Shown here in pieces: positions 22,901 through 35,226 of a DNA stretch of 36,479 nucleotides. The notes under the pieces were generated by a model, which saw nothing but the letters and a program-made list of their open reading frames with translations, was not told the DNA's origin and searched no databases. The stretch is from Bigelowiella natans CCMP2755 (taxonomy: Eukaryota > Protista > Cercozoa). The stretch is from contig ADNK01000072.1 of assembly GCA_000320545.1 (NCBI GenBank), forward strand, positions 1 through 36,479, written 5' to 3'. A program made the position numbers and the translations under genes. Positions within the stretch are counted from its first letter, which is position 1, and every line of letters starts with the position of its first letter.

Positions 22901-25900
22901 ACACGCTCCGCCATTACAGCAGTGCGAACCAGGAGGCGCTCCGAAACTGGGACCTCATGGGCTCAGTCGACGGTCAGGCATGGAAGGTGCTTAAGAGTCA
23001 TCGTAACGACGCCAAGCTGAGTCAGAAGGGCCAGGCGGCCACGTGGGAGCTCCCCAAGGCCGCCAGGAAGGACTTCTACCAGCAGTTTCGCATCCAGATG
23101 ACCGGGAAGAACTCCAACAACACGTACTATCTCGCCTGCTCTGGCTTCGAGCTCTTTGGCTCCGTGATGAAGAACGACGTGCGCGTGAAACGCCCCGATC
23201 GGTCGGGCGTGGCAGTCGTAGAGGGGGGGGTGGGGGGCGAAAACGAGCGGAAGGCTGTCGCGCGTGTGATGAGCGCCAGCGCTTATCATGGGGAGAGCAT
23301 ATATTGTTGGGCGCAGTACGATGACTACGGTCTGTGTCTCACCGGGCAGAATAACGGCTTGGGCGTCCGCTCTCCGAAGCAAATCGACCAGTCGCTCTTC
23401 AACGACGAGGACATCGTCCAAATCGTCTGCCCCGGATCTCGCGCGGTGGCGCTGACCGCCTCCGGCAACGTCTACTACTGGGGCCAGCCCTTCCAGAGCG
23501 GCGGGGGCTGGGGGTTCGGCGGCTCCGGCGGCCGCATCAACCAGCCTAAGCTCGTGGAGAGCATGAGCGAGCACAAGGTCATCCAGGTGGCTGGAAACTA
23601 CCAGATCCTCCTAATGCTGACGGAGGAGGGCAAGCTCTTCTACCTGGGCTATATGCAGCGGGTCGGCGTTCCAGCGAACCCGAACCAAAGCGAGGCGCAG
23701 GATGTTCCAGGGCTAGAGGAGAAGAAGATTCGCCGCATCGCCACCTCTTCGCAGGGCCAAGCGATCGTCCTGGCGCACACCGATACCAACGAGGTGTACG
23801 TGTGGGGCAATGTTTCGCAGGCCATTTCTTGCCTCATGAGCGATCAGAACTCGAATCCGGTGCCCGGCTTCAACCAGTACAGCAACAAGCAAATCCTGAC
23901 GCCCACCCTTGTCGACGCGCTCTCCGAGCACAAGGCGGACTGGGCGCAGTTCGGCATTGGAGGGCAGACCTTCATGGCCCTCGACGTGAATGGCGACCTG
24001 TACACGACCGGGGCTATGAACCACGGCCACGGCTCCGGCACGCCGGTGAGGGAGCTCACCAAGTTGGACGACTTTGACGGCCACAAGGTGGTTTTCATCT
24101 CCGCGGCCGCTTACGTCTACTATGCTATCACTGACGAAGGACGCCTCTATGCGTGGGGCCAGAACTCCGATTATGGGTGCGGTACAGGAGGACAGGTGCG
24201 CTCGAATGTGCCCACGCCGACGCCTTGCGCGAATCTTGACGGTGAGCGCGTGGTACGGGTCTCGGGCACGGGCAGCAGCGGCCTATGTGTCACGGAAAGC
24301 GGTAATCTGTACAGGTGGGGCTACACGGATAACGCGACGTTGATGGCCCCAACGCGCTACGAGGACATTTGTTCTCTCGGCTATCAGTGGTCATGGATCA
24401 CCGTCGACCCCTCTTCCAACGGCTGCTTTCTTCTCAAGAGCAAACATGATATGCGCGTTCCAAGCAGCCCCACCCCCTTCCCCTTTACGGGGGCTCGAGG
24501 CCGTGCGAAGACGCACTTGCCGTGGTATCCGGACCTCGCCCTTCTGTGCGGCACGTTCGGTTCTTTCCTCGACTCTAAAACGCTACTCCCCAAGGACTAC
24601 GTCAACGAGATCGAAACCCTCTCTGGAGGAAGCGGGGGCGGGGCAGCGCAGCAGGAGAAGGAGAAGAAGAAGAAGAAGAAGAAGGATCAAGACCTGACCA
24701 ACAGCAGCAACTCTTACTCGCTACCTCTCGGGGAGCCTGTCTTCTCTGAGAACGAGGCGAAGTTCCTCCCCCTGGGGGACAAGGCGCAGCTTTCCGCTCG
24801 CATCCGCTTTATGGCAGGAGGTAAGGAAGCCGGTTCTTCCGATTCCCAAGATACATCTTGGTTTGAGGACGCTATCGCTGAGCAGGCAGAGGGGCAGAGC
24901 GTATTCCTCCTTCCCTTCACCATGTCCATCCGCATCAAGCCCAGGCAGCAGTCTAGCATCCCCCCCGCAGTTAAGGCGGCAAAGGGAGCCGGCAAAGAGG
25001 GCTTTAACCCGTTCGGGGGGTCGGACGCATCGACGCCAGCAGCAGATGCGAAACAGGACGTAGCAGCAGCAGCAGCAGGAGGAGGAGGAGGAGGAGGAGG
25101 AAAAGGAGCCAAACAGAGTGAAGGCCCGGGAGCAGCATCCTCGAGTCTAATCAGTAACAATGACGAGAAAATCAGTGTCGTGCTTTGTAGAATGGTGCTT
25201 CCTGTGGCGGGCGGAGAAGGAGGCGCGAACTACACCGTGGTTGAGGTTTTAGCGAACCCCTCCCTCTCGCGACTGCACCTCCGACTCATCTCGAAGAGCG
25301 GCGAGAAGCTGACGATGTTCCGTCACAAACAGACCTCTGACGCATTCGCCTCGAATAACGCTCAGGACGTGAAAGCGAAGGACATGGATATCGGCGACGG
25401 TAGCCACTCGATCACGATCGTAGGCGGGGTGAATGCAGAGGTCTCTGGTTACGTCGATGACAATCTCGTCCTACAGGTCGACACAAAGCTGCCCAGCGAG
25501 ACGCTCGATGCTGAGGAAAAGGGGCGGCTCGAAAAGGCCGTTGCGGAGACCGTCAAAACCCACAAGGAGGAGGTCTTGCTCACGTTTGCCAGCGGGTGCA
25601 ACGCGTGGGTGCGGGACGCTGGATTCTGGAAGTTCGCAGGCGATGAGGACTTCGTGAAACGCGTCGCCTCATGCGGCCTGGCATTCCTCGACAAAGATCT
25701 CACCGACGTCGAGTCTGCGCTGCAGAAGGTGCAAACGGTTGATTTCGACGCGCAAGCCGAGGCCAAGGAGCTCACAATGGGTATCATCCTCGGAGGAAAT
25801 GGCGGTTTCCTCCCCCGCGAAAACAGTACTAACAATCGGCACGACCCAAACATCAAAGAACAGGAGGGAGCTGCTGCCGGCGCTGACAAATCATCATCAG

Positions 25901-28900
25901 CAGCAGCAGCAGTAGCAGCAGCAGTGCCGATACCACATTGCTACCGCCTCCGGGAAAACTCTAACCTGATGATTCCCGTGAGTGTTGAAGCCAGCTCGAG
26001 TTGGACTGCGATCTTAGATTTCTCCGTGGAGAGTCTCCCCAAAGAGAAGGAGCCGTTGGTGCTGTTCTCCTGCAGCCCCAACGACTTCTTCGACGCTAAG
26101 GTCGACATCCCCTTCTTGCAGGTGGAGCTTCGCCACAACGGAAAGCTGCACACGAAAACCTCGACGCGGGACGCGAAGAAGGCCAGCGCCGTGCGCAAAT
26201 CGGCGAGTGTGAAACCGAAGACTTGGTATCGGCTCATCCTCACCTACGACAAAGGTGCGAACACCGGGAAACCCCACGTGTCGCTCGGCGGCGGCTTCGC
26301 CCCCGCTCTCGCAGGAAGCAGCAAGCTCACAGGAACGCTCAACGGCCGAAGCGCTCTAGTCGCGAGCATCGCCGACAAGGTTGCAGTGCCGACCTTGGAC
26401 CCCAACACTGGCCTTCCACTGCCCGCTGAGAAGAAGGGCATCAAGGTTATCACCCTCGGCAGCTCCGCGCACACAGCCGAGTACAACGTCGCCATGCTGC
26501 AGTTCTGGCCGCGGGCATTCAAGAAGGAGGAGGTTTCCGCTGTCGAGAACCCCCGCGCTCCGTTGTTGGACCCCCTCCAGACGTCGGACTACACGCGCTC
26601 GCTTCTAAAAATGGGTCACCCTGAGAGATGGTGCCTTAAGGCCATCGAGGCTTCAAAGAAGTCACGGAAGGGCGCCAGCGACTGGATAAGGCTCAATGTC
26701 GATGAGCTCAAGCGGCAGGACGAGGCCGCCGAACACCTCAAGATGTCGCAGAATCTCTCTCTCACAGGATTCCCCGTCGCGTGGTGCTCCGAGGCGCTCA
26801 GCGTCGTTGGAAACGACGAAGATGCCGCTATCGCGTGGCTGCTCTCTCACTACGACGAGCTCACTAACAAGCAGCAGCGCAAAACCGCCGAGCAGAAGCG
26901 CCAGGAGGCAGAGGAGCAGCGCCGCGCCCAGCAGATGAGGCTACGATTCACCGCCGAGAAAAAACAGTCGGGCCAGCAAACGTACCGAATCCTGAAATCC
27001 ACGCAGGAGCAGATGGACATCGAGCTGGGGACGCTGATCCAGAAGCCGAAGCCGGAGAGGGCCAAGGGCTTCGACTGCCTCGACCATGAGTCCCTCACAC
27101 GCCTTCGCTTCCAGGACCAGAAGCTGCACAAGAGCATGGCCGTGCTGTACGCGCGGCAGTGCATCCTGTCCATGCTCTCCAACTGGCCGGAGGGCGGCGC
27201 GAAGCCGCTTGATTTCGAGCACTTCGGCGGGTTTGAGTTCGTCGGGAAGTTCCTGAGACTCGTCGACTTTTCGCGCATCGACAACGGGATGGACGTCCTG
27301 CGCACGGCCGTTTCAGTGGTTCTCAGCAAAGAGAAACAGAAGGTTGAGGCCATCGTCACGGAAGGGGACTCGGAGGTGTCCATGCAGGATTTCTCGGAGA
27401 CCGCGCCGCTCTCTCTCTTCCTCGTCTCGCAGGGGCTTGGCCAGCTCATCAAGATATGCTGCGGGATGGGCGAGGACGTCGAGGATGTCACCAGTGAGGA
27501 GAAGTGCCTAGGAGCGTGGAACGCAAGCATGGTCGTTTGGATCTTCGACGTCTTCATTAAGCTTGTTCGGCCAAACAGCACGGCGGGAGAGCAAACGACG
27601 AAGCTGTCCGCGGAAGCAGCAGTCGCGCCGGCTCTTGGAAAGTACGGAAAGAAGGTGTTGCTGAAACAGGTGGTGAATCTCGTGTTTAAGTCGATCGCAG
27701 TGCTCAAGGGCCGAACCAGGCTCAGCTTCGTCCAGCTGTTAACAACGCTCATACGCCTTGGCGTCGACTACGACCGCGAATCGTGTGACGTGCTCAAGGA
27801 CCTGCTGAACCGCATTTGGCAGCAGCAGAAGCGCGACAACAAGTTTACGCAATTCTTTCAGGCCCTCCTCGAGCTGGTCATCATCCTGGATCAACAGCAG
27901 AAGGAAGAGGACTTCGCTGCAAAGGCCAGGGCGGCGGCGGAGGAGCAGAAGGCGAAGGAGCAGAAAGAAAAGGAGGGGGCGGATGCGAAGCGAGGCAGCA
28001 GCGGCGGAAGTAGCGGCGGCGGCGGCGGCAAAGAAGGAGAAATGGACGTGGCCGAGGTGGGCGGCGAGGGCGAAGAAGGGAGCAGCCTGCGTTTCACCGA
28101 ATGCAAGTTCAAGAGGAACCTCGACACCAACGGCGTCCTCTACCACATAGGCTCAAGAGGCAAGAAGGCCTACTGGGAGAACCCGGGGGAGAGCGGCGAG
28201 GTGGGCATCAGCTTCTCCTCCGTGGATGAGAAGGCGTTGGTCGATGACTTCGAGGTGTTCAATCGCGACACGTACGTCGTGGGGCTGCTCACCGACCCCA
28301 ACGACCCCCAGCCTTCGGTGACTTTCAATTTCTACGATCGTAAGATCACGCCTACGCACTACTCTTTGCGGTGCGGTGCGGACGTATCGATGGCCCCTCG
28401 CAACTGGCGGCTGGAGGCCAGCAGCGACGGGGAGTTCTGGGCGGCGCTACGAATCCATTCCAACGACAAAGGCCTCGCCCAAGCGTCCTCCACATACACC
28501 TGGCCGATCATACTCAACCCCACGCTGCGGGGCCCTTTCTCGATGTTCCGACTGGTGGGGACTGGCGGCAACGCGGGCGGCAAGGCTCAGCTTTTCGTCA
28601 GCGGTTTTGAGATATACGGCACCGTCTCCGAGCCATCGATGACGCGACTAACGTTCAACGTCTTTGACGCTAGCGAGGACCTGAAACTCGCGCAAGAGGA
28701 CCTCGGCAGCGACACGGCGTGGGTGAAATCTGTAGGCGGGGAACCAGTGAAACCCTTATCCGATAAGCTCGACAGCAACCTTTTCGAGGGGAAGAAGCAG
28801 CAAAAGACGCCGCTCGACCCGCGCCCAACGGTCGTTTGCTCCGATAAGGACGGCGTAAGAATTGTCAAGTCCGTGCAGGGCTTCACTTCCGGCCGCCATT

Positions 28901-31878
28901 ACTTCGCCTTCGAGATCTTAGCAGTTCCATCCAAATCCAGAGGCGGCTTCGGGGGCAAGAAGAAACCGCTCATCGTTTGCGGCTTGGTCAGCGATTCCTT
29001 CTCCGTGTTCTCCCCCGACCCCAGCGTGGGTAGCCAAGAAGGTACGTGGGGGCTCTCAGAGAAGGGCCAGAAGATTCACAAAGGGAAGCAGGTCGACTAC
29101 GCCAGCGCCTTCAAGCGGGGCGACACGGTCGGCGTGGAGGTGGATCTAGATGCTGGAACTCTGCACTTCTACATCAACGACATCGCGCAAGGGCTGGCCT
29201 TCCTCGACGTTAAGCGTTTCCGAGCGTGCCACCCGGCCGTGAGCCTCAACGGCAAGGGCGCGAAGGTGAAGATGCTTGGGGAGATGGCGAAGCCCCCCAG
29301 CAGGAGGCCAGAGAACTGGCCGTGGTTCGACCAGGTGCTGCTCGCGGGGCGCATCATGCTCGCCTTCTCCGACCGCAAGGATTTCACGCTGCCTTACGAA
29401 TTCATTTCGCAGCTCCACTCGAAAATCAACAGCATGTCGATGGGCTCCGCGGAGAGGGAGCTACCGCAGGGCGTGGACGCGAAGCAACTCGACCCCGCGC
29501 TCCGCATTCCCTCCTCCGACGCCGACGCCATCCGGGCCATCTTCGCGCAGCACCTCGAGCGGCAGCGCCAGGCGAGGCTCGCGTCCGGCAGGAAGCCGGC
29601 CGACGGCAAGCGCGAGGTTCGAACGTCGTTTTTGTGGCCAATGGACCTAGAGCCGAAGAATGGCTTTTATCTCGACCTGGCGGGTATGAGCGACATGCTG
29701 AAGCCGCATCTTAACCCTTACGTGGCGATTTATTGCCTCCGGGAAGGAAAGGGCGACTCGGAAGTCTCTCGCATAACGCTAGGGGCGGAGGCTATGGCTG
29801 ATGAAGGGCTGACGTGGGACTCGTCCAAGGCGCCCAAGACGTACGGGACGTACGAGTTTCGCTTGATTACGAACCAGCAGAACTTTGGCAAGACGAAGAA
29901 GATGTACTTCGCCAGCAGCAGCAGCAACCGCTCACATCTGAACCAGAATGCCGGCACCCAGACCTCGCCGACCTTCCGTGTGAGGGAGAAGGTCAAGGAC
30001 GCTTTGTCCGACGGGCTCGCGAGCGTGCCGGGCGGCTTTTACCACATCGCCTACGACGCCAAGGCCTTCTCGCTCGCGGCCGACTCGCAGCTGGTTGCGT
30101 GTGTCGACCGCATCTGCGACAAGAAGTCGATCGACGCCACGATCAAGAAGTTTCCTCCCAACGACTTCAACCCCACCCCGCACCTCATCCACTACCCGGA
30201 CATCGAGAACTGTACCACCACACAGCTCCAGATCCGCCTACTCACGCTGCAGCTTCTCAACCGCTCGGTGACGAATCTGCTGCCCATGCTGGACTTCTCC
30301 GTGAAGCAGGGAATGTCGCGGCTCACGGATACGGTGCGCGCTTTGCGCACGCTGATCTTCTGGTCGACGAAGAACAAGCTGTGGATGTCGGCGCTCCAGG
30401 ACACCCAGGCGTCCGGCCACTCGAGAATGGGCACCGTGCAGATCAACCGATTTCGGTCAAACCGGCTCAAGTCGCAGGGCAAGTGCGACGTGCGCGGGAC
30501 GCGCACGTGCTTCGGGCAGCTGTTCCGAAAGCTCAACAAGATGGACGTGGCCCTTTTCCGCGCGGGCAAAGGGATGCGCGTGTGGAAGACCGAGTTCGCC
30601 GGGGAGGGGGGCATCGACGCTGGGGGTCTGTACCGCGAGCTGATCTTCGTGATGTGTCAGGAGCTTCAGTCGCCGCAGCTTCCTCTCTTCATCCTTTGTC
30701 CGAACGGCCGCGAGCAGATCGGTCAAAACCGGCACAAATGGGTGCCCAACCCCTCGGCTGTCGAGCCTTTGCACCTTTCCATGTACGAGTTCCTTGGGAA
30801 ACTTATGGGGCTGGCCATCCGAACCACGTCGCTGCTCTCCCTGGACTTGCCCTCGATTGTGTGGAAGCCGCTCATCGGCGCCGAGATCGAGGAGTCGGAT
30901 GTCGTCGCTATCGACCGCCTGTCTTTCAAGCTAATTGAGAACATGCAGACGATGGAGCCTAAGACATTCTCCTTTGCTGCCGACTCGCCGCTTGGACTTG
31001 ACCTTGACAATAAGCTCAGGGTCGTTGGAATCATGCCAGGCAGCCAGGCCGAGAAGAACGGTCTCAAACGCCGAATGAAGATCATCGAAGTGGCCGGAGT
31101 GAAAGTGGACTCCAAGGCATCGTTGGGCGAGCAGCTGGCTCGCTGCAAGAAGGCGGCGGAGAAGAGGTTCTCGTTGACCGTCTCCGGCCGCGTGACCCCG
31201 GAGCAGTTTGACATGGCCTTCTCCCAAACGAAGTTCGTCATCGTCGGCTCTGACCAGAAGGAGCGCGAGCTGATTCCCGGCGGTAAGGAGGTTACGCTAA
31301 CGTGGAGCAACCGCAAAGAGTTCTGCACCAAGATCGTCGACTATAGGAAGAAGGAGTTCCAGCAGCAGTGCGCGGCCATCCGCCGCGGCCTCGCGTGCGT
31401 GGTGCCCTACCCGCTTCTATCAATTTTCGCGTGGGAGGAGCTCGAGATTCAGGTGTGCGGCCGGTCGCAGATGAACGTGGACCTCCTGCAGAAGATGACG
31501 CGCTATCAAGGGTGTACCGCCAACGATACGCATATTCAGTTCTTCTGGCAGATCATGCGCGAGCGCTTCGACGAGATGGAGCGGGCGAAGTTCCTCAAGT
31601 TCGTGTGGGGGCGCGCGAGGCTTCCCGTCCGCGCCGCCGACTTCCAAACGCATTTCACGATCAATGTGCTGCCAACTGCCGGCAGCCCCGACTCCTACAT
31701 GCCCATCGGCCACACGTGCTTCTTCTCTATTGACATGCCTAAGTACACCAATCTCGCCATGATGCACAAGCGCCTGCTCTACGCCATCACACATTGCGAG
31801 GCCATCGACGCGGACTATGGACCGGAGAACATCCAAGTTGCGGATGAGGGAGACAGCGATGATGATGATGACTTGTAG
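10832..31878 (+). CDS. Giant HERC-like HECT E3 ubiquitin ligase, about 6,160 aa, 15 exons
   Basis: Phase-consistent exons: 10832-10926, 11000-11102 (donor uncertain), 11347-11697, 11794-11937, 12194-12235, 12389-12492, 12701-12746, 12840-13022 (may hide an intron), 13339-13390, 13561-13640, 13805-13890, 14079-14262, 14532-19384, 19597-19933, 20050-31878. This joins the 1588-aa, 155-aa and 3976-aa ORFs. HECT motifs FAGEGGIDAGGLYRE, FLGKLMGLAIR, FLKFVWGRARLP, PIGHTCFFSIDMP are present. Confidence 0.9.
16095..16728 (+). other. CUB-like domain (SxHPY type seen in giant E3s), split by a low-complexity insert
   Basis: TANSSHPY...ISVAGATEIRVEFDARCET...DTLQLF, then about 115 aa of A/S/P/K-rich sequence, then YWP...VSGSSFYLSWTT...GWGFGLTIKA. 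Confidence 0.6.
18823..19835 (+). other. Discoidin/SUN-like (HECTD1-type galactose-binding fold) domain 1, interrupted by an FxFG-rich loop and an intron
   Basis: DDKGIFHFLGT...FQNPHDSGRVEVTCS...VQVDL...WELQGSADGKHF, then after the insert YSYLRIRAV...LEIFG; paralogous to domains 2 and 3. Confidence 0.7.
20600..21150 (+). other. SPRY-like domain 1 with Arg/Gly-rich insert
   Basis: GVRGSTVYPEGKHRITLRI...FCFVGL...GEKLTIEWDTSGSGTMRFYKDGKPVG...AYLVV. Confidence 0.65.
22672..23160 (+). other. Discoidin/SUN-like domain 2
   Basis: DQSGIIYYIAT...WKNP...VKPTHYTLRHY...LRNWDLMGSVDGQAWKVLKSHRND...FRIQMTGKNSNNTYYLACSGFELFG, the HECTD1-type motif series. Confidence 0.85.
23293..24438 (+). other. RCC1-like beta-propeller (about 7 blades)
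   Basis: Repeated ALTASGNVYYWG, MLTEEGKLFYLG, HTDTNEVYVWG, ALDVNGDLYTTG, AITDEGRLYAWG, CVTESGNLYRWG motifs. Confidence 0.9.
24900..26545 (+). other. Two putative LamG/concanavalin-like beta-sandwich domains
   Basis: FTMSIRIKP...DGSHSITIV...VSGYVDD...VRDAGFW and SWTAILDF...KPKTWYRLILTYD...LNG...VAMLQFWPRAFKKEEV match the LamG_3 pattern by eye. Confidence 0.55.
26590..26850 (+). other. Tandem UBA domains followed by a coiled coil
   Basis: SLLKMGHPERWCLKAIEASKKSRKGASDWI and NLSLTGFPVAWCSEALSVVGNDEDAAIAWLLSH match the UBA MGF...AL...A..WL pattern. Confidence 0.8.
28117..28620 (+). other. Discoidin/SUN-like domain 3
   Basis: DTNGVLYHIG...WENP...ITPTHYSLR...PRNWRLEASSDGEFW...FRLVGTG...VSGFEIYG. 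Confidence 0.85.
28860..29280 (+). other. SPRY domain 2
   Basis: GFTSGRHYFAFEI...IVCGL...YASAFKRGDTVGVEVDLDAGTLHFYINDIAQGLAF...HPAVSL. Confidence 0.88.
30500..31815 (+). other. HECT domain, catalytic Cys at 31717-31719, containing a PDZ-like insert at about 30964-31188
   Basis: Canonical HECT motifs and GHTCFF. Insert: FSFAADSPLGLDLDNKLRVVGIMPGSQAEKNGLKRRMKIIEVAGVKVDSKASLGEQLARCKKAAEKRFSLTV. Confidence 0.92.
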
Positions 31879-33022
31879 ACTGGTGACAGGGATAGGAGGA
31901 AAATATAGCGGTAAGATGGACGAACGAAACTCAGTAAATATAAATAGCATTTTAACTTAAAAATCTACGTATGAGCAATTAGCTCGGCGAAGTAGATATA
32001 ACTACTCTACAGAATTATGGCATGCTTTTTGCATGTTACTTATGATGATGATTATGCTTGCTAGCTTGGGAAACAAAGCAAATCTTGTTTACAATGCATG
32101 CCATTACATGTCTAGCTCTCTAGTTCTAGAGATGTGCTGCTGCCCCAACGCAGTCATGAAATCTTAAATGTAAAACTTCATGTAACACGCGAGTTCGCCA
32201 ATAACGTGCTAGATATTCACACATGCTAGCATGTGCAAGCATGCTAGCAAACATCGCACTAGCTGTGCGAGATCAGATTCATTGAACAGTGCTAGAGTGC
32301 CACCTAGCCATTGCTCAAGCGCACGTAACTACGCACATTAACACACTCTACATGAAGGCTAGCTAGCTAGTCAAGCTAGCATGCACGACACATCATGCAA
32401 CTTTCTCAATTCTAGAATTGTGTACATTGCATTGTTGTTAGCTGTTGAACAGCAAAAACATCTTGCAACGTTTTGGAAACACATACAGTTCATCATCATT
32501 GTTCATTGTTCATTTTTCATTGAGGAGGGCGTGCTAGCGTGGACAAGTCAGCATGCGTGCATTGACGCAGTCTAGTTTTCGTTGGACTCACGCATCCGTG
32601 CTTCAACTGCACGTGCTAGCGTGGCGAGGCGGTCCTTTCAGCTGCGTGCCAGCGTGCCACATTGGAAAGCTGCTTTGGTTCTTCAATCCCTTCTGAACTT
32701 CTGGACTTGCTAGCTTGTTGTTTGCACTTTCTAGCTTTCCCAAGAATGTGGACACGTCTACTAGACGTGAAACGTGCGATACGATGTGAAACAAGTTCAT
32801 GTGCAGAGATGTGGAGATGCATTTGCGCGCAATGTTTCATGCTAGCTAGCTAGCTAGGACAATGGCTAGATGGGTTCTCATCCGTCCGACGAATGCCGCG
32901 AAACAAACTGCATTGACACACCTGGACATTGCAAATGCTCATGAAGCACTAGAGCATGATGATTTCGCTCAAGTTGTTGACAGCTAGACAGGTCTAGAGG
33001 TGTTACAATGATGTTTCATCCA

Positions 33023-33225
33023 TTACATAAGCGCTACAAGAATGGCAACTATGATGAGTGCCACCACCATCGAGAATGACTGCCAGTACAACGAGGGCTC
33101 ATCTCCTGGATAAATACGATGGAAAGATGCATGGTTGGATGAGAGATCTGGCGATGGTTTGTACATAATCCCATGAATTCGTTTGGATGGTGTATGTGAT
33201 CTTTCAATTTCATCTTTACAAAATC

Positions 33226-33260
<35 letters not shown>

Positions 33261-33618
33261 ATGCGTGAAAATATTTATATTCACCATATTAATGTTAAGT
33301 GTGACAGACCGAAATACTTCTCCCTCTCACGTTTTTCCCTTTCATTGTCGAAGAAAACTGGCGTCGTTTGGAAGCCAACCTTATCACATCCATTTTGCAT
33401 CACACGTTGCATATATGAAACAAAAAACATCGGGGAAATACGCTTTCACGAACAAAACGAAATCAAAACGAGTTGATCTGCACGCCAGACGACATCAACA
33501 ACCTCAATGTAGTGGCACACCAGCGGGAAAAATAAGAACAAGGCGAAATGCAGGGAGGCTACCGTGGCGTGCTTGATGTGCTCGTATTCTACGCGTAAAA
33601 TCGTCCACTGAAATCTAT

Positions 33619-33677
<59 letters not shown>

Positions 33678-34325
33678 TATAATCGTGAGGACGGAGACGT
33701 ATAGGGCATTACTACCATATAATTTTACCTTCGAAACAGCTCGAAAAATACGACTAGAGGCACGATGACATATTGGTATCTGCAGCGGAGGAAAGCATGT
33801 GTAAGGAAATCATAATAAATTGTGAACAACGTCATATATAGCATAGTAAAGGACAACGGCCTCCTTGCGACGTGTAAAGCCCATATCGGAAATCAGCAGC
33901 GGCGACGATTTCTTGTTTCCGCGACCAATCTCCACCCGTGTAAAATCAAAGCCTTTATTGTTCGCTTTGTATGACATCTTCCTCCTTTCTTCTTCTTCTT
34001 CTTCTTCTTCTTTCTTCTCTAACATCCAAAACTATGGCACAAGCAGGGCTGTGGTGACTACGGACAAATTCGGCTGATTGAAGATGGCAAACGGCGTGAG
34101 CGTTAAAGTCCACGAGAACCGTAGCACCAGGTTCGACACGATGGCCCAGTAGTAGAAACTTCGTTAGTCGCAGCATCACGAAGACAAGTGAAGAGTGGTC
34201 AGACAAAGTGGGGGAACATCGAGTGTCTATTGCATAAAACAAGCAAAAAATAGCGAAGCGAAGCATGGGGAGTGTTTTCATGGGGCGCGCATACGTGGGA
34301 ACACGCCACATAAACTTGCAAACAA

Positions 34326-34367
<42 letters not shown>

Positions 34368-35181
34368 TGTTCTGCCAACGCCGCCTGACAATCACGCACA
34401 CGCCTTGCTATGATTGTGTGCTTTCTTACTGTTTATAAGGGAAGAGTCGCTTCTCCCTCAAATATCCGAAATTAGCATCCATGAGCCCCCAGTCCTTATA
34501 CAACATGCGTCCATTTCAATTTCTACACTTCCCCTCCAGCTGCCACCAGGCTGCAAATCTCCCAAACCGTTGGTTGAGATACCCCCCCCCCCCCCTCTAT
34601 CCTCACCAAATGCAAATGATAATATTAAGTACTATTCATTAATAATAATCGAAACACTGACAAAAAACCTTAATTTTACGCAAAAGAGCAGTAAATCGCT
34701 CTGCGAAAGTACTCAAAGGCGGCATCTTCGAGGCCACGCACGCAATGCTATATACTACTGCGGTACCATGGTAATATCCCACACAAACGTGTATATAGTG
34801 GAGGAGATCGTTGACAGCAGCCAGACGATTCGAGCCACCGGCCATTCCGAGGCGACGGCGTTCTGTGCAAAATACCAAAAAAGAAAAATCATACCTATCA
34901 TATCGTATATAGCGCACCCGCAAAACCCACGGGAATTATTCTATGCAAACACTATCTTAGCACTGAAACCCCTCCCCCTTTTCATTCATCTAGCCAGTTC
35001 ATCAAAACCTTTGAGAAGGTGGGGTGGAAGGTCCCAGCGATGACGATTGTATGTGCCAAGGCGTACTGAGCTCATTCAATACATATGCGCCCGCGCGCGC
35101 ACACACACACACACAGTCAACAATTTGTAAAAGAGAGCTTTGCGCTCCACTATTTGCCGATGAGAATAAAATCATGGAATA

Positions 35182-35226
<45 letters not shown>

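Noticed and set aside
14774-31950. Many antisense and alternate-frame ORFs up to 374 aa overlapping the E3 gene
   Set aside because: Expected shadow ORFs of GC-rich, codon-biased coding DNA; no recognisable motifs.
33810-34025. 71-aa minus-strand ORF
   Set aside because: It lies inside an EXS intron, starts in a (GAA)n tract and has no supporting features.
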